From Octopus vulgaris (taxonomy: Eukaryota), in the NCBI GenBank assembly GCA_951406725.2, contig OX597814.1, forward strand, positions 47,554,001 to 47,618,000: 64,000 bases of DNA, in the 5' to 3' direction. The notes beneath the pieces were generated by a model, which saw nothing but the letters and a program-made list of their open reading frames with translations, was not told the DNA's origin and ran no database searches. How positions within the stretch are numbered: position 1 is the stretch's first letter; each line of letters begins with the position of its first letter. A program made the translations under genes and the position numbers. Positions 14,203 through 27,341 of this stretch are shown piece after piece.

Positions 14203-14258
<56 letters not shown>

Positions 14259-14274
14259 ATGTGTGTATGTATAT

Positions 14275-14544
<270 letters not shown>

Positions 14545-14727
14545 CAAAGAAATTTGTCAATAGTTTTCTCTACATCTTTTCTTTTCAAGCATTCGTGCAT
14601 ATGACGACGATACTAACAACGGCAGGTCAATATATTTAAATTAATTAAATACATACGCATACATACAGAAGAAAACATAGACGTGCACACACAGATACAC
14701 ACATACACATATATGTACGTGTACGTA

Positions 14728-14809
<82 letters not shown>

Positions 14810-14914
14810 TGTGTATACATATCTGTATGCATATATGTATGTAAATAATGAAATACACGCATATATACACTATTACATACATACTTAATACATGTGCGTG
14901 TGTTTAAGTGTGTG

Positions 14915-14946
<32 letters not shown>

Positions 14947-15050
14947 ACGATACAATATATATATATGTATGTATATATATATATGTATATATATATTGAG
15001 AGAGAGAGAGAGAGGACAGCATACGTGCGTGTGCCTCTGTGTGTGTGTGC

Positions 15051-15109
<59 letters not shown>

Positions 15110-15684
15110 CATAACCTCACACAGGTTTAATCATACAAAAGCGCATCTATACACTACATCTGTAGATTTACATTATCGTTACATCCTACGGCATTTCGTA
15201 TGCGGTTAGAGTACGGGGCGGAGGGATATATTCATTTTAGCAATTTTCCCTCAGACCATACGCGTAACACCTGCAGTAGACCTCCCGTTGTTGACGAAAA
15301 ACATGTGTCAAGGACAAAGAAAAAGAAAAACCATAAAAACAAAAACACAAATAGCGTACTGATCTGTGCAAAGCCACCAAGCAAATACTATCAATTACTT
15401 AGGGCGTGATTTAACCCTTTTGAAGGCAATATTTCGGCTTTAGTACAGTGTACAAGCGTTGTAGTGAACAAGTCAAAACAGCGAACGTGTACGTTAAGTT
15501 CTATCAGTGGTTCCGCGAATACATTTTCGTGATATGTAAAGAAGCTCAAAGTGAAATTCAGAAGAAAATCATGGGAAAAGGAGATGAAAGACCTAGAAAT
15601 ATTTTAATACATCCGTTATATGCAACTGAAACAGGATTAGATAAAAATTAAGTATGAGATACATGTTTTCAAAATGTGGGTGTT

Positions 15685-15756
<72 letters not shown>

Positions 15757-15757
<1 letters not shown>

Positions 15758-15820
15758 TTTATTTAAAAGCAGCAGAAATATAACAAAAGCTGTTACTCAG
15801 AGTTTCAAAATGTGGGTGTT

Positions 15821-15891
<71 letters not shown>

Positions 15892-16275
15892 TTTATTTAA
15901 AAGCAGCAGAAATATAACAAAATATATATATACTTTATTTAAAAGCAGTTACTCAGAGTTTCACGTTTCCGTTCGTCGGACAAAACTGCTTTTGTTATAT
16001 TTCTGCTGCTTTTAAATAAAGCATATTACTCTACCTCTGGTATTTGAGTACTCATTTTTCCACCTTGATTCACATTTATTTGCTTACTCCGGTATGTGTG
16101 TGTGCGTGTGTACACACACACACGCACACACAGGTGAGCACATAAGCGCAAAACAAGGTAGTGAAAACAGTACTCGAATACCAAAGGTTGAGTAATATAC
16201 TTTTTATTAAAGCTGCAAAATGATCACAGAACTGTTACTCAGAGTTTCACGTTCTTGTTCGTCGAACAGTTGTGA
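15757..16275. mobile_element. Cluster of PLE-pLTR-like fragments in alternating orientation, with two HHR motifs
   Basis: 15757-15790 and 15891-15921 are inverted relative to 15988-16021, and 16022-16090 is inverted relative to 16135-16200. Minus-strand HHRs lie at 15941-15993 and 16230-16271. Confidence 0.75.
16230..16271 (-). ncRNA. Hammerhead-like motif, variant core
   Basis: Reverse complement: AACTGT TCGACGA ACA-AGAA-CGT GAAA CTC-T-GAG TA ACAGTT. The sister copy at 15941-15993 has CCGACGA ACG-GAAA-CGT. Confidence 0.65.
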
Positions 16276-16500
16276 TGAAAATATTAATTCAGTATTTGTA
16301 GAGTCCGAAACCTAGGTACTAGATTATCCGATTCTGGGTTGTCCATTTATCTAATGTTCTTCCTAGAGGTAAGACGAAATTTTTTAAGTTCGCTGCTCTC
16401 ACACGTATTTTCATAGTGAAGCTTTTACTATAGCATCGTAAATTTATCGACTGCTATTTCCTGTAAAGAATCGGTGCCTTGTTGTACAACTACTCTCTCT

Positions 16501-16552
<52 letters not shown>

Positions 16553-16556
<4 letters not shown>

Positions 16557-16841
16557 AAGTCGACCGCGGCGGAATTTGCACTCAGAACATAAAGACAGAC
16601 AAAATACCCATTTCTTTACTACCCACAAGGTGCTAAACACAGAGGGGTCAAACAAGGACAGACAAACGGATTAAGTCGATTAGATCGACCCCAGTGCGTA
16701 ACTGGTACTTATTTAATCGACCCCGAAAGGATGAAAGGCAAAGTCGACCTCGGCGGAACTTGACCTCAGAACGTAACGGCAAACGAAATACGGCTACGCA
16801 TTTCGCCCGGCGTGCTAACGTTTCTGCCAGCTTGCCGCCTT
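16553..16841 (-). mobile_element. SINE family B (full copy plus partial second body)
   Basis: Near-consensus family B sequence with a tail-to-body junction at ~16609. Confidence 0.92.
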
Positions 16842-17066
16842 CAAGATGGGAGAAATATTAAAAGATGTATGAACTAGAAGTAGATAAGATAAACGAAATA
16901 ACAGGAAAGAAAACCATTGGGCTTGTTATACACATACATACAAATTCACAGGTACACAAAAAGGTAAGGCTTGAATAAGAACGAAGTTCATCCTAAATGT
17001 CGCGGCTTAAAAATATAAGAAAATATTGGAGGTACTGTGGAAAACCGAACCAAAAATAAACAACAT

Positions 17067-17186
17067 GAAACACTTGGTATGTGTTAATTAGAAAATAATC
17101 TTTACTGTCTGATACGAATGGGTAGAAGAGATGTTTAACTTCAGATTCTTAGTTTTCTCTTATCGATATAATTCATTGGAAAAGTT
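17067..17186 (-). repeat. 120-bp block, inverted copy of 12096-12215
   Basis: 2 mismatches in 120 bp. Confidence 0.95.
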
Positions 17187-17654
17187 CAGTGACATATACT
17201 AACTTCTCTTATATTCTGACTACTGATTTGGCTTTGAAGAATAACGTTCCCAGTTGCCGTAATGCCAACTAGCTGCGATAAACGTGGACTTTTTTGGAAA
17301 TAAGATATGTTTGTCTATTTTGAGATCGTCTGAGATTTTTTATTATCCAGACGGCTATCTTTACAGTTTTTTGGGGCAATACTGTAAATTTCGTAGCACG
17401 TAGGTATGATTTGTAAATTTTTGTTTGAGAGATATAGACTTTAGATTTATTTCAATAAAGAAAAACGATCTCTGTTTTATGAATTTAATTCATAAAAAGA
17501 TAATTTGGCATTAATAAATATCCTTATTAATTTCATAATTTTTTTTCGAGGAAACTCGACCATCTAATATTTATGTATTTTCAGTCTTGCAAGATTTTGA
17601 TAATACCAAAGAAAAACCTTACAAACAATTTAATTTTGAGGTTTATTCTTTTAT

Positions 17655-18005
17655 TTAGTTCGGCCAGGGGACTACGGTCATGCTGGGGTATCGCCTTAAA
17701 GGATTTTAGACGAATACATAGGCCCCAATGCCTATTCTTTTGCCGAATAGCTAAGTTAGAAGCACACACACACACAAACACACACATACACACACACACA
17801 AACACACACATACACACACACACACACACACACATACATATATGGCGAGGTTCCACACACTTTCCGTCTACCAACTTTACTCACAATACATTGGTTGTCT
17901 AGGGTCTATAATAAAAGGCAATTGCCTAAGGGGCTACGTAGTGGGACTGAACCCAAAACCATGTAGTTACAACATGAACTTCTTAACCACACAGCGATGC
18001 ATGCG
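17655..18005 (-). mobile_element. SINE family A, diverged
   Basis: GTGGGACTGAACCC B-box complement, family body and an internal (CA)n. Confidence 0.8.
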
Positions 18006-19509
18006 CTTATAAGGTATAAAAACTAAACATCTTATAATAAGCTTATCTTAAAACAATCTTAGATTTCTAGTCATAAAAAAACATACTTGTCCTTTTTTTT
18101 CTTTCGTACTTTTACCTTTCATTCATTTATTTTGCTCACTATTTCTTTTATAATTTTTTTTATTGTTTTCCCTTGTTTTCTGTTATCTGTTTATAATCTC
18201 TCATTTTTTAAATTTCTTTTCCCCCACCCGCTGCCATATGTCAAGCGTGCATTGCCTACAGGGAAGTAATTATGAATGATGGAAGGATTACACCTTTTAC
18301 AACGCGGAAAAAAAAACAAAACAGCAACAACAAAACAAAACAACAAAAACAAATTTATGAAACCTGCAATAGCAACAGGTGTAGAATTCCTGTTAATAAT
18401 ACTATCACTGTTCCAAAATCTTTTCTGATATTGTATAAGTTGTCGTTGAGGCTGTTATTGTTGTTTTTGTTATTTTTCTTTGAATTGTTATCTTTTTCTA
18501 AATCATGTCCTTTGTGAACTGAACTTCAACTTTAAAATTATTCAGCGAATGAACGACCATTTAGGTCATTAACATTGAAATTCCAGCATACCCAATACCA
18601 TCTAACTCCCTGACATCGCGTTCGTGATGTGCTTACTAAATACGCTTTCCAGACGATCATTAATTGTCTCTTGAGCTAACACACGAATCTCCCTCTGACA
18701 GCCCAAAACAAATTAACCTAGTGTCCATAAGATTTTTTTTTCTTCAGAAATGACATTGAAATGACAAGTAATCGATATATTCCTCATCTCTATCTTCTTC
18801 CTCATTTCATTAGTCCAACGAAGACATTTTTGTTTTACTATATAAAACAACAGTGTTCATTAAAGAAAGATATTAGAAAATGAAAGAAGAACGATGTAGA
18901 TTGTTTGAAGCCGTTCTCTTCTGATGAAGTGCCTTTGTGCCTGAAATATATAAATATGACTTAACTTTCCCTTTTCACATTATTTGAAACTCCTCATCTT
19001 CATTATTATAAAATATTTAAAAGTATTTATAAGCGAATTCGTTTAGAAGCGGCTTTTCGAAAATATGGTAAGCTTAAGAAAATTGTTCTAATAAACATGG
19101 TTAAATTGTCTTAATCGCATTGTCATTATATTTTTAAAATCTACTCCACTTTATTTCTATTGAGATGCATATACATCATATTATATTTTATGTCTGAACA
19201 GAATTTCAGAAATCTAAGTGTGTATGTGATGTGTGCACGTGTGTGTGTGAGGCGATGAAAATGTTTTCGAACACAGTGAAGCGGAATACGTGCTCAGCGC
19301 ATGATCTATAGGAATACCGCAAATTTTTGAAGCGAATCGGTAGATGCAAGGGTATTAAGAAAACCCAAGTGCTTTTCAATGCATCGCATCAAGTATTCCT
19401 TTGAAGCAAGTATAATGCATGAAGCCACATCTGTTTAAAAACAATTTTAGTATCCGATATACATACACGAATACATACATATGTGTGCGTGTTTATGTGT
19501 GTGTTTGTA

Positions 19510-19610
<101 letters not shown>

Positions 19611-19629
19611 GAAATGAATCTCTCTCTCT

Positions 19630-19678
<49 letters not shown>

Positions 19679-19841
19679 GGCGCGAGGTTGGTTTTGTGGT
19701 AAGTAGCTTGCTTAACAATCACATAGTTCCAGGTTCAGTCCCACTGCGTGGCACCTTAGCCAACTATCTTCTACTATAGCCTCGGACCGACCAAAGCCTT
19801 GTGAGTAGATTTGGTAGAAGGAAACTGAAAGAAGCCCATCG

Positions 19842-19873
<32 letters not shown>

Positions 19874-20100
19874 TGTATGAGCGTGTATATGTTTGTGTGT
19901 TTGTGTTTGTCCACCCAACATCGCTTGACAACCGATGCTGGTGCGTTTACACCCCTGTAACTTAACGGTTTGCCAAAAGAGCCCGATTGAATAAGTACTA
20001 GCCTTACAAAGAATAAATCCTGGGGTTGTTTACTCGACTAAAGGTGGTGCTCCAGCATGGCCGCAATCAAATGACTGAAACAAGTAAAAGAATAAAAGAA
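19679..20100 (+). mobile_element. SINE family A
   Basis: Full head, body and GTAAAAGAATAAAAGAA tail. Confidence 0.92.
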
Positions 20101-20223
20101 TACATATATAATGAATATAAATGTATAAATACATACATATCTGCATATATGCATATATATGTATGTGTATATATATATGTATGTATATGTATATATATAT
20201 ATATATATATGAATGTATGTATG

Positions 20224-20323
<100 letters not shown>

Positions 20324-20355
20324 GTTAAACGCAGGTGTTATTGAAATCTATTTAC

Positions 20356-20441
20356 TTCCGACATATGTTTCGAAGAAAACATTGCTATTATTCCAGGAGA
20401 AATAAAATTGTGTAAAACAATGCAATCTTCTCATCAGGGAA
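20356..20441 (-). ncRNA. Minimal type-I hammerhead ribozyme, canonical core, extended stem II
   Basis: Reverse complement: TTCC CTGATGA GAAGA...(~50 nt)...TCTTC GAAAC-ATAT-GTC GGAA, followed by a short tail and a long (TA)n. Confidence 0.85.
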
Positions 20442-20679
20442 AGAAAGAAGCCAAACACATCAATAAGAGATATTTTAACAGAATGTGATTTTATTTATAT
20501 ACAGAATGCGTATTTATTTATATATCTATATTATACAAAAACATTTTACGTAAACCTGGACTTTCTACCTTTATAAGTAGGCTGTTACATCCTTGGTACT
20601 TGTCTGAATCTTTGCTACTCTGATAACTATCTATTTATTTTTTTCGTGTTATTTTTAAACATTGAAAAAACACACATAC

Positions 20680-20734
<55 letters not shown>

Positions 20735-20901
20735 CATACATATATACACACTTATACATACATGCATGCATACATACATACATACATACATACATACATA
20801 CATACATACATACATACATACATACATACATACATACATAAAATGAAGATATATATACATGCAGGCAAGTTTGCTTCTTAATCACATGGTTTCGGGTTGG
20901 A

Positions 20902-22418
20902 TCTAGTTGGTTTGGCTGACAAAAAATTTATCGAAAATATTAAAATTTGGCACAATAATATACTTTTCCAAGCTGAATTGCTGGAGTTATGCCACTCTTT
21001 CCAGAAAAATGTTTTGAAAAAGTTATAGAGGTTTAAAGTTTGATCATTTTCACCCAGTCAGGAAACAGAATTTGGAAGCTGTCATTCTGTGCGTGACTGC
21101 ACATTTTGTCAACATCCTGAAAATAGCACGTGTTATCAAAATTTGTAAACATAACGTGTTTTGTAGTTTGAAGCATTCAATCTGGCAGAAACGTTAGCAC
21201 GCCGGGCGAAATGCTCAGCGTTTTTCGTCTGCCGCTACGTTCTGAGTTCAAATTCCGCCGATCGACTTTGCCTTTCACCCTTTCAGGGTCGATTAAATAA
21301 GTACTAGTTACGCACTGGGGTCGATATAATCGACTTAATCTGTTTGTCCTTGTTTGTCCTCTCTGTGTTTAGCCCCTAGTGGGTAGTAAAGAAATAGATA
21401 TTTCGTCTGTCTTTACGTTCTGAGTTCAAATTCCGCCAAGGTTGATTTTGCCTTTCATCCTTTCAGGGTCGATAAATTAAGTACCAGTTGCGCATTGTGG
21501 TCGATCTAATCGACTGTCTCCTCCCCCAAAGTTTCTGGCTTTATGCCTAGAGTCGAAAAGAATATGCATTTAATGCGATAGCACGAACTTAAAGGATTTA
21601 TCCAAAAAGCGTTATTTAGCTAAAAAGCACACCTCACAACCACCTCAATGACAAAAAGTAACGAGAAAGCAAGTAGTTTTAAACATCCAATATGCATTTA
21701 ATGCAAATACGATAAACAACACGTTACATGCAATAAACACATTATAATTTTCCCCACAAATAGTTTCAATACAGTTTTAACAGGAAGATATGGAAAAATT
21801 AGATGAAAGTTCTCTGGTAATTTTCTTTCATGTAAATAAATGTTTATGTTAATTTAAGAATTTGCGAGCAAAATCTTATAAAATGACAATATTCTAAAAG
21901 ATGTACATGTTATATATGTTATATATGAAAATAAAAGAGTGAACAACATATGCTTTAAAAAACAAACATTTATGCAATAATAAGCGACACATTACAAAGT
22001 ATTTTTAAAATTTAAAATGAAAGTTAGAAATACTTTCAATCAATTTCTCAAACAAATCACAATTTACGTATCTCCTGCGCCACATAAATTCACAGAGATA
22101 TCAATCTACCATACAACGGTGAGCGCCACAGCATCGTTTATTACGTCACTTCATATATTTGTCGACACGTGCTTTCTCGCTGACAAAAGAGTTCTCATGT
22201 TCCGTTTGTTACTATGGAAACAGGCATGAATGTGTCTGTGGCTTACGATTAGCTAAAATTACCAAAATTTTCAAACTTTAATTGCTAATAACTCTTTATT
22301 TATAGATTTATAGTGAAAATGATCTTCACGCAATTCATTAGCCAATTAAAGTGTATTATTACACTGAATATAAAATCAATTCGAAAAGAATTGATGCTGG
22401 CAGCCAAACCGACTAGTT
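20902..22418. mobile_element. Unclassified non-autonomous DNA transposon with long imperfect TIRs
   Basis: Ends CTAGTTGGTTTGGCTGACA / TGGCAGCCAAACCGACTAG. Patchy inverted similarity continues ~250 bp inward. It interrupts a SINE A at its B-box. No clear TSD. Confidence 0.7.
21181..21563 (+). mobile_element. SINE family B dimer nested in the DNA transposon
   Basis: Head + body 1, a junction at ~21398, then body 2 with a different tail. Confidence 0.92.
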
Positions 22419-22423
22419 CAAAT

Positions 22424-22760
22424 GAGTTCAGTCCCACTGCGTGGCACCTTGGGCATGTTTTCCTCTAATATAGCCTCGGGCCGATGAAAGTTTGTGAATG
22501 GATTTGGTAGGTAGACACTGAAGAAAGCCTATCATATATATGTGTGTGTGCGTGTGTGTCAGTGTGTGTATGTGTGTGTGTGTGTGTATGTGTGTGTGTG
22601 TGTCTGTGTGAGTGCGCGTGTTGCTGTGTTTACATTCCCGTAACCAATAGAATAAGTACTTACCTTTAAAAAAAGTAATAGGATCGATTCGATCTACTAA
22701 GTTCTTGAAGGCAGTACTCCAGCATGGTCGCAGTGTAATGGCTGGAACAAGTAAAAGATA
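22424..22760 (+). mobile_element. SINE family A, 3' part (5' part at ~20860-20898)
   Basis: Resumes at GAGTTCAGTCCCACTGCGTGGCACCTTGGGC, where the upstream head ...CACATGGTTTCGGGTT stops. Confidence 0.85.
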
Positions 22761-22884
22761 CACACACTCATGTATAAATATGTGTATGTGCGTGTATGTG
22801 TGTAATGAAACTTTTAAAGATGTGTATGTGTGTGCGTGTGTATGTATGTGTGTGTGTGTATTTATGTACTCACACATATATAAA

Positions 22885-23030
22885 GCTTTCTTTTTTATTC
22901 TCTCTCTGTTTATTTTCTCGTGTTTCTTTCTGTTGGAGAGCGTAGGCTCGAAACGTAAAGGACTTTCTCACCTTCCCGAGCGTTAAACTAATACACCTGT
23001 CTTCGTCTTTTGTTTTTTGTAAATTCCAAC
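22885..23030 (+). mobile_element. PLE-pLTR-like fragment (family E-related) with HHR-like motif
   Basis: 22926-22961: CTTT CTGTTGG A GAGC-GTAG-GCTC GAAAC GTA AAGG. Confidence 0.55.
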
Positions 23031-23092
23031 TACACACACACACGCATACTTATATACATACACATATATATATACATACATACATACATATA

Positions 23093-23143
<51 letters not shown>

Positions 23144-23145
23144 AG

Positions 23146-23185
<40 letters not shown>

Positions 23186-23202
23186 GTGTGTATATATATA
23201 TA

Positions 23203-24460
23203 TAAGATTGTTTCACATGAAATGTCGCATTTTTAAGTACTTATTTCAATGATTTAAGTATACAATTATGTATACTTTGCATTTCATCTTGACTCTTTTT
23301 CCTTCCCAACAATATTGGTATACAAAATTCGTACCCACAGACATTATGAAAATGATAACAACCAAACTATGTTGAGTGATTTTCTCTTATGAGTACAAAC
23401 TGGGTCACTCTGCCGCAGAAGCTTTATGGAATATCAAACGGGCCTTTGGTAATGGTTTTATTGACATCAGAACTGTTCTGAGATGGTTCCAAGGCTTTCG
23501 TTCAGGAGATGATAGCCTTGAAAATAAACCAAGGGTTAAGCCAAAATCAGTTGTTCCGCATGATGGATTAAATGCTTTGGTTGAACAAAATCCGAGAATA
23601 AAAGTTCGAAAACTTTCATCAGATCTCCAAGCATCTCGCACAACTGTTTTTGGATACCTGTAAAAAAAATTGGAAAAGTCAAGAAAACGGACAAGTTTGT
23701 TCTACATCAACTGAGCGAGATTAATAATAATAAAAAAAAAGCAGTCGCCTCGAAGTGTGCTCCTAATTGCTTTCTCTACTGGAAAAAGATAATTTTGCAT
23801 CAAATCATTACTTGTGATGAGAAATGGTTACTGTTTGACAACAGCAGGAGAACAGGACAGTGATTAGATGTAGGAGAGTCATCTAAACACTGCCCAAACC
23901 CACCATTGCACCCTAGAAAGTTAGTGGTTACTGTATGGTGGTCTGCGAAGGGAGTTATTCATTATTCATTTTTGCAACAAGGAAAAACAGTAACAGCAAC
24001 ATCTATTGCCCGTAAATTGATTGTATGCATGAGAATTTGGAAAAGAAGCTACCTAGACTAGTGAATAAAGATGGCGCAATTTTGCCCCACGACAATGCAC
24101 GTCCTCACACTCCTCAAGCTGCGGTCCAAAAGTTGCAAAGACTGAATTATGGGATTTGCAACACCCCCCTTATTCCCCTTATATCTCACCTACTGATCAT
24201 CATTTATTTAAGCATTTTGAGCTTTTCATAAGCAATAAAACAATCTTAAATAGAGAAGAGGTAATTGAAGCATTCGGACAGTTTATCACAACAAAAGATG
24301 AATTTTTTTGTTAAAGATGGAATATATGACATAGAGAAACGTTGGGTAAACGTCATAAATGAACATGGATCATACTTTGATTTCATAAATCATTTCTCTA
24401 AATCTTTTGAAATATTTTATTGTTACCTTTCAAATACGACATTTCTTGTGAAACAACCTA

Positions 24461-24461
<1 letters not shown>
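23203..24461 (+). mobile_element. Full-length degenerate mariner transposon (Hsmar1/cecropia-like)
   Basis: TA-flanked TIRs TAAGATTGTTTCACATGAAATGTCG / CGACATTTCTTGTGAAACAACCTAA; 1259 bp. Confidence 0.95.
23347..24382 (+). pseudogene. mariner DD34D transposase pseudogene
   Basis: HTH region (GHSAAEA...RTVLRWFQGFRSGD), IITCDEKW, KLVVTVWWS, HDNARPH, a YSP-like motif and the C-terminal RW..VI...GSYFD. Multiple stops and frameshifts. Confidence 0.95.
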
Positions 24462-24496
<35 letters not shown>

Positions 24497-25331
24497 GCCC
24501 CTTCATGGTAAATACTAGACTAAACTAAACGCAAAAGAAATAGACAAAGAAAAATCCCAGCAATGGTTGAGAAGCTCAGGACTCAAAGCAGAACCAGAGG
24601 GATTTTTAATTGCAGCACAAGACCAAAGCCTCCCCACCAGAAATTACCAAAAACATGTAATGAAAAGAAATATTACAAGTAACTGCAGAATATGTGGAGA
24701 TGGACAAGAAACAATAAATCATATTATCTCTAGCTGCCCAGTCCTGGCTAAGAAGGAATATATTCACAGACATGACAGAGTTGGAACCTACATACATTAT
24801 GGAATAACAACAGAAAAAAGATGGTATAGGCACACACCAGAAAAGGTCACAGAAAACGAGAAAGCAACCATACTCTGGGATATGCCGATACACACAGATA
24901 GAGAAATTAAGGCCAACAGACCAGATATAGTTGTCAGAGATCATGAAGAAAAAAAAATGCTTTCTAATTGATGTATCAATACCGGCAGATGACAACGTGT
25001 CTCTAAAAGAAATGGAGAAACTCTCAAAATACAAAGACCTGGAAATAGAGGTAACTAGAATGTGGAATCTGAAAACAGAAACAATTCCTATCATAGTAGG
25101 TGCATTAGGCATGATAAAAAAATATTCAGACAAATACATAACAAAAACACCAGGACTTACAAACACATATAACATACAGAAAATTGCACTACTAGGCACT
25201 GCACACATCCTACGCAGAACACTTTCCATACAATAACCATCAGAGCATCACAACAAATCACAGCACATACCCAAGGCACACAGAGCTGCGCTCGGTAGTG
25301 AAGTGAAAGCACGCTATAAAAATAAAACTAC

Positions 25332-25332
<1 letters not shown>
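24497..25332 (+). mobile_element. R4/Dong-clade non-LTR retrotransposon, 5'-truncated, inserted in (TAA)n
   Basis: ORFs 24567-24971 and 24931-25236 (frameshift in an A-run) give AAQDQ, CRIC...ETINHIISSC, RHD, RPDIV...IDVSIP and K..KY, i.e. a CCHC finger plus restriction-like endonuclease. (TAA)n lies on both sides, the known Dong target. Confidence 0.95.
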
Positions 25333-25411
<79 letters not shown>

Positions 25412-25644
25412 GGGTAAAATCATTAATAATTTTACCAGGTGGTCAGCGCGAAAATAAAAACCTCATTTTACCAAATATTTTATAATTATATACATAATTA
25501 TAACAAGGGATTGGTTTTACGCCTCTCACCACACACTAGAAATAAACGCCAAATGCCTTATTACCACCTTAGAATCTCTGAGAATAACACACTACACTGT
25601 AGGTGAGCAAAAGAAAAATAATGAATCAACAACTTTTCGGGTCA

Positions 25645-25711
25645 CCGCGTACAAGATCCTGTTTCAAGCTTAATGTAAAGAAATATTACCTACTGCTCTC
25701 ATCAGCGACGG
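25645..25711 (-). ncRNA. Type-I hammerhead ribozyme motif, intact core
   Basis: Reverse complement: CCGTCG CTGATGA GAGC...(25 nt)...GCTT GAAA CAGG-AT-CTTG TA CGCGG. Confidence 0.7.
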
Positions 25712-25889
25712 TATTCCATAGCATAAATTTACGAGTATCTCAAAATATGCATTTGAGCTGCGACGTCGCATAACCAATATACATCCACACTCGTAGAAAT
25801 ATTACTGCAAAGTAGAATTCACATCTTTCTTTTATGAAGGAAATCTGTCATGTGTGTGTGCGAGTGTGTGTGAGTGAGCGCGCGCGTCT

Positions 25890-26072
25890 TTGTGTGTTTG
25901 TCCCCCATCCCCGCTTGACAACCGGCGTTGCTGTGTTTACATTCCCGTATCCTATAGAATAAGTACCTAACTTTTTTTTAAAAAAGTAATGGGGTCGATT
26001 CTATTGACTAAAAGTTCTTGCAGGCAGTATCCCATCATAACTGCAGTGTAATGGCTGAAACAAGTAAAAGAT
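25890..26072 (+). mobile_element. SINE family A, 3' half
   Basis: CGCTTGACAACCGG...TAGAATAAGTAC...GCTGAAACAAGTAAAAGA. Confidence 0.8.
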
Positions 26073-26086
26073 ACACACACACACAC

Positions 26087-26139
<53 letters not shown>

Positions 26140-26184
26140 CACGCACGCATACACGCAAATACACACACACACACGCACGCACAC

Positions 26185-26220
<36 letters not shown>

Positions 26221-26221
26221 G

Positions 26222-26281
<60 letters not shown>

Positions 26282-27121
26282 TATGTATATCTCTCTCGCA
26301 CGCTCGTGTAATGAAACTTTTAAAGAGCTGGCAATGTGCTTTGTTTAGTATTTCGAGTATGGGAGAAGGTTCAAAAGGACTCTGTATTGAGTTGCTCAAC
26401 CTTCTAAAAATAACAATTAAATCCGTACCGTATTGAAAAGGTGAAAGGTACATTAGATAATATGATCTTAGAGACGTCTAGAAAGACGGTATACTCACAA
26501 TCGGAATACTTTTGCACATAAGTATACTAAATTAGAAATGATAAAGAGCTAAATAATGCTAGCAACAGCATTAGTTATTCTAACTCTAAAGTGTAACCTG
26601 TAACTCTAACCTCAACTCTTTCTGGTCACTTGCTTTGTTTCGAAATTCACCCTTAGCAAAACTCCTTTCTTCAAATGACAAGTTTGTTCCTTCAAACATC
26701 CTATTGTTTGTTTTCAAATACACCTTAAAAGATAGCTTCATATTGCTTTATAGACATCTTCCCGAAATTATGGAATCGCGTAACTTTATATCTCACTCTT
26801 CTTCTAATCGCCTTATTCTCTTCATCTCCTTTAATGTTCTTAAGAGCATTCAAACAATATAAGTACGGAATAGCTATTATGCAGTTACTCATACAAACTG
26901 TTTTTAGTCCGAAAATTCAAGACAAATGGAAAATCTTTCACTCTACAGCTGATCTACCACATCGTTGGGCGCACATTTAGTTTAAGGTGGCGTGCGTTAA
27001 CGCATCGGACAAAATGCTCAGAACTGTAAACTAGTAATATAGTTTAGTTCACTGAAAAATTACTCTTCATTCAAGAGTACAGCATAATTGATAAGCTTCA
27101 CACTCAGCATGAAGCCACAGT

Positions 27122-27341
27122 TCCTTTCGTTACCGTATTTATTTTGAGATGCTCTGTGTTTCTTTGAATTACTTTAAATATAACAAAGAATTTAGTAAAA
27201 TAACTTGGTAATCATTCAGCTAGTGTTACAAACATAAATTGTGACTAAGGTTTGGTTGAAGATTTTAATTCAAAACTTATGAAAACAAGGCATTTGTACT
27301 CAGAGCCAGAGCCGGTTTCGGCCGGGTTGGTAACGAAAGAG
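27122..27341. mobile_element. Short TIR element, possibly piggyBac-like MITE
   Basis: CCTTTCGTTACC ... GGTAACGAAAGAG inverted ends; the TTAA TSD is not preserved. Confidence 0.45.
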
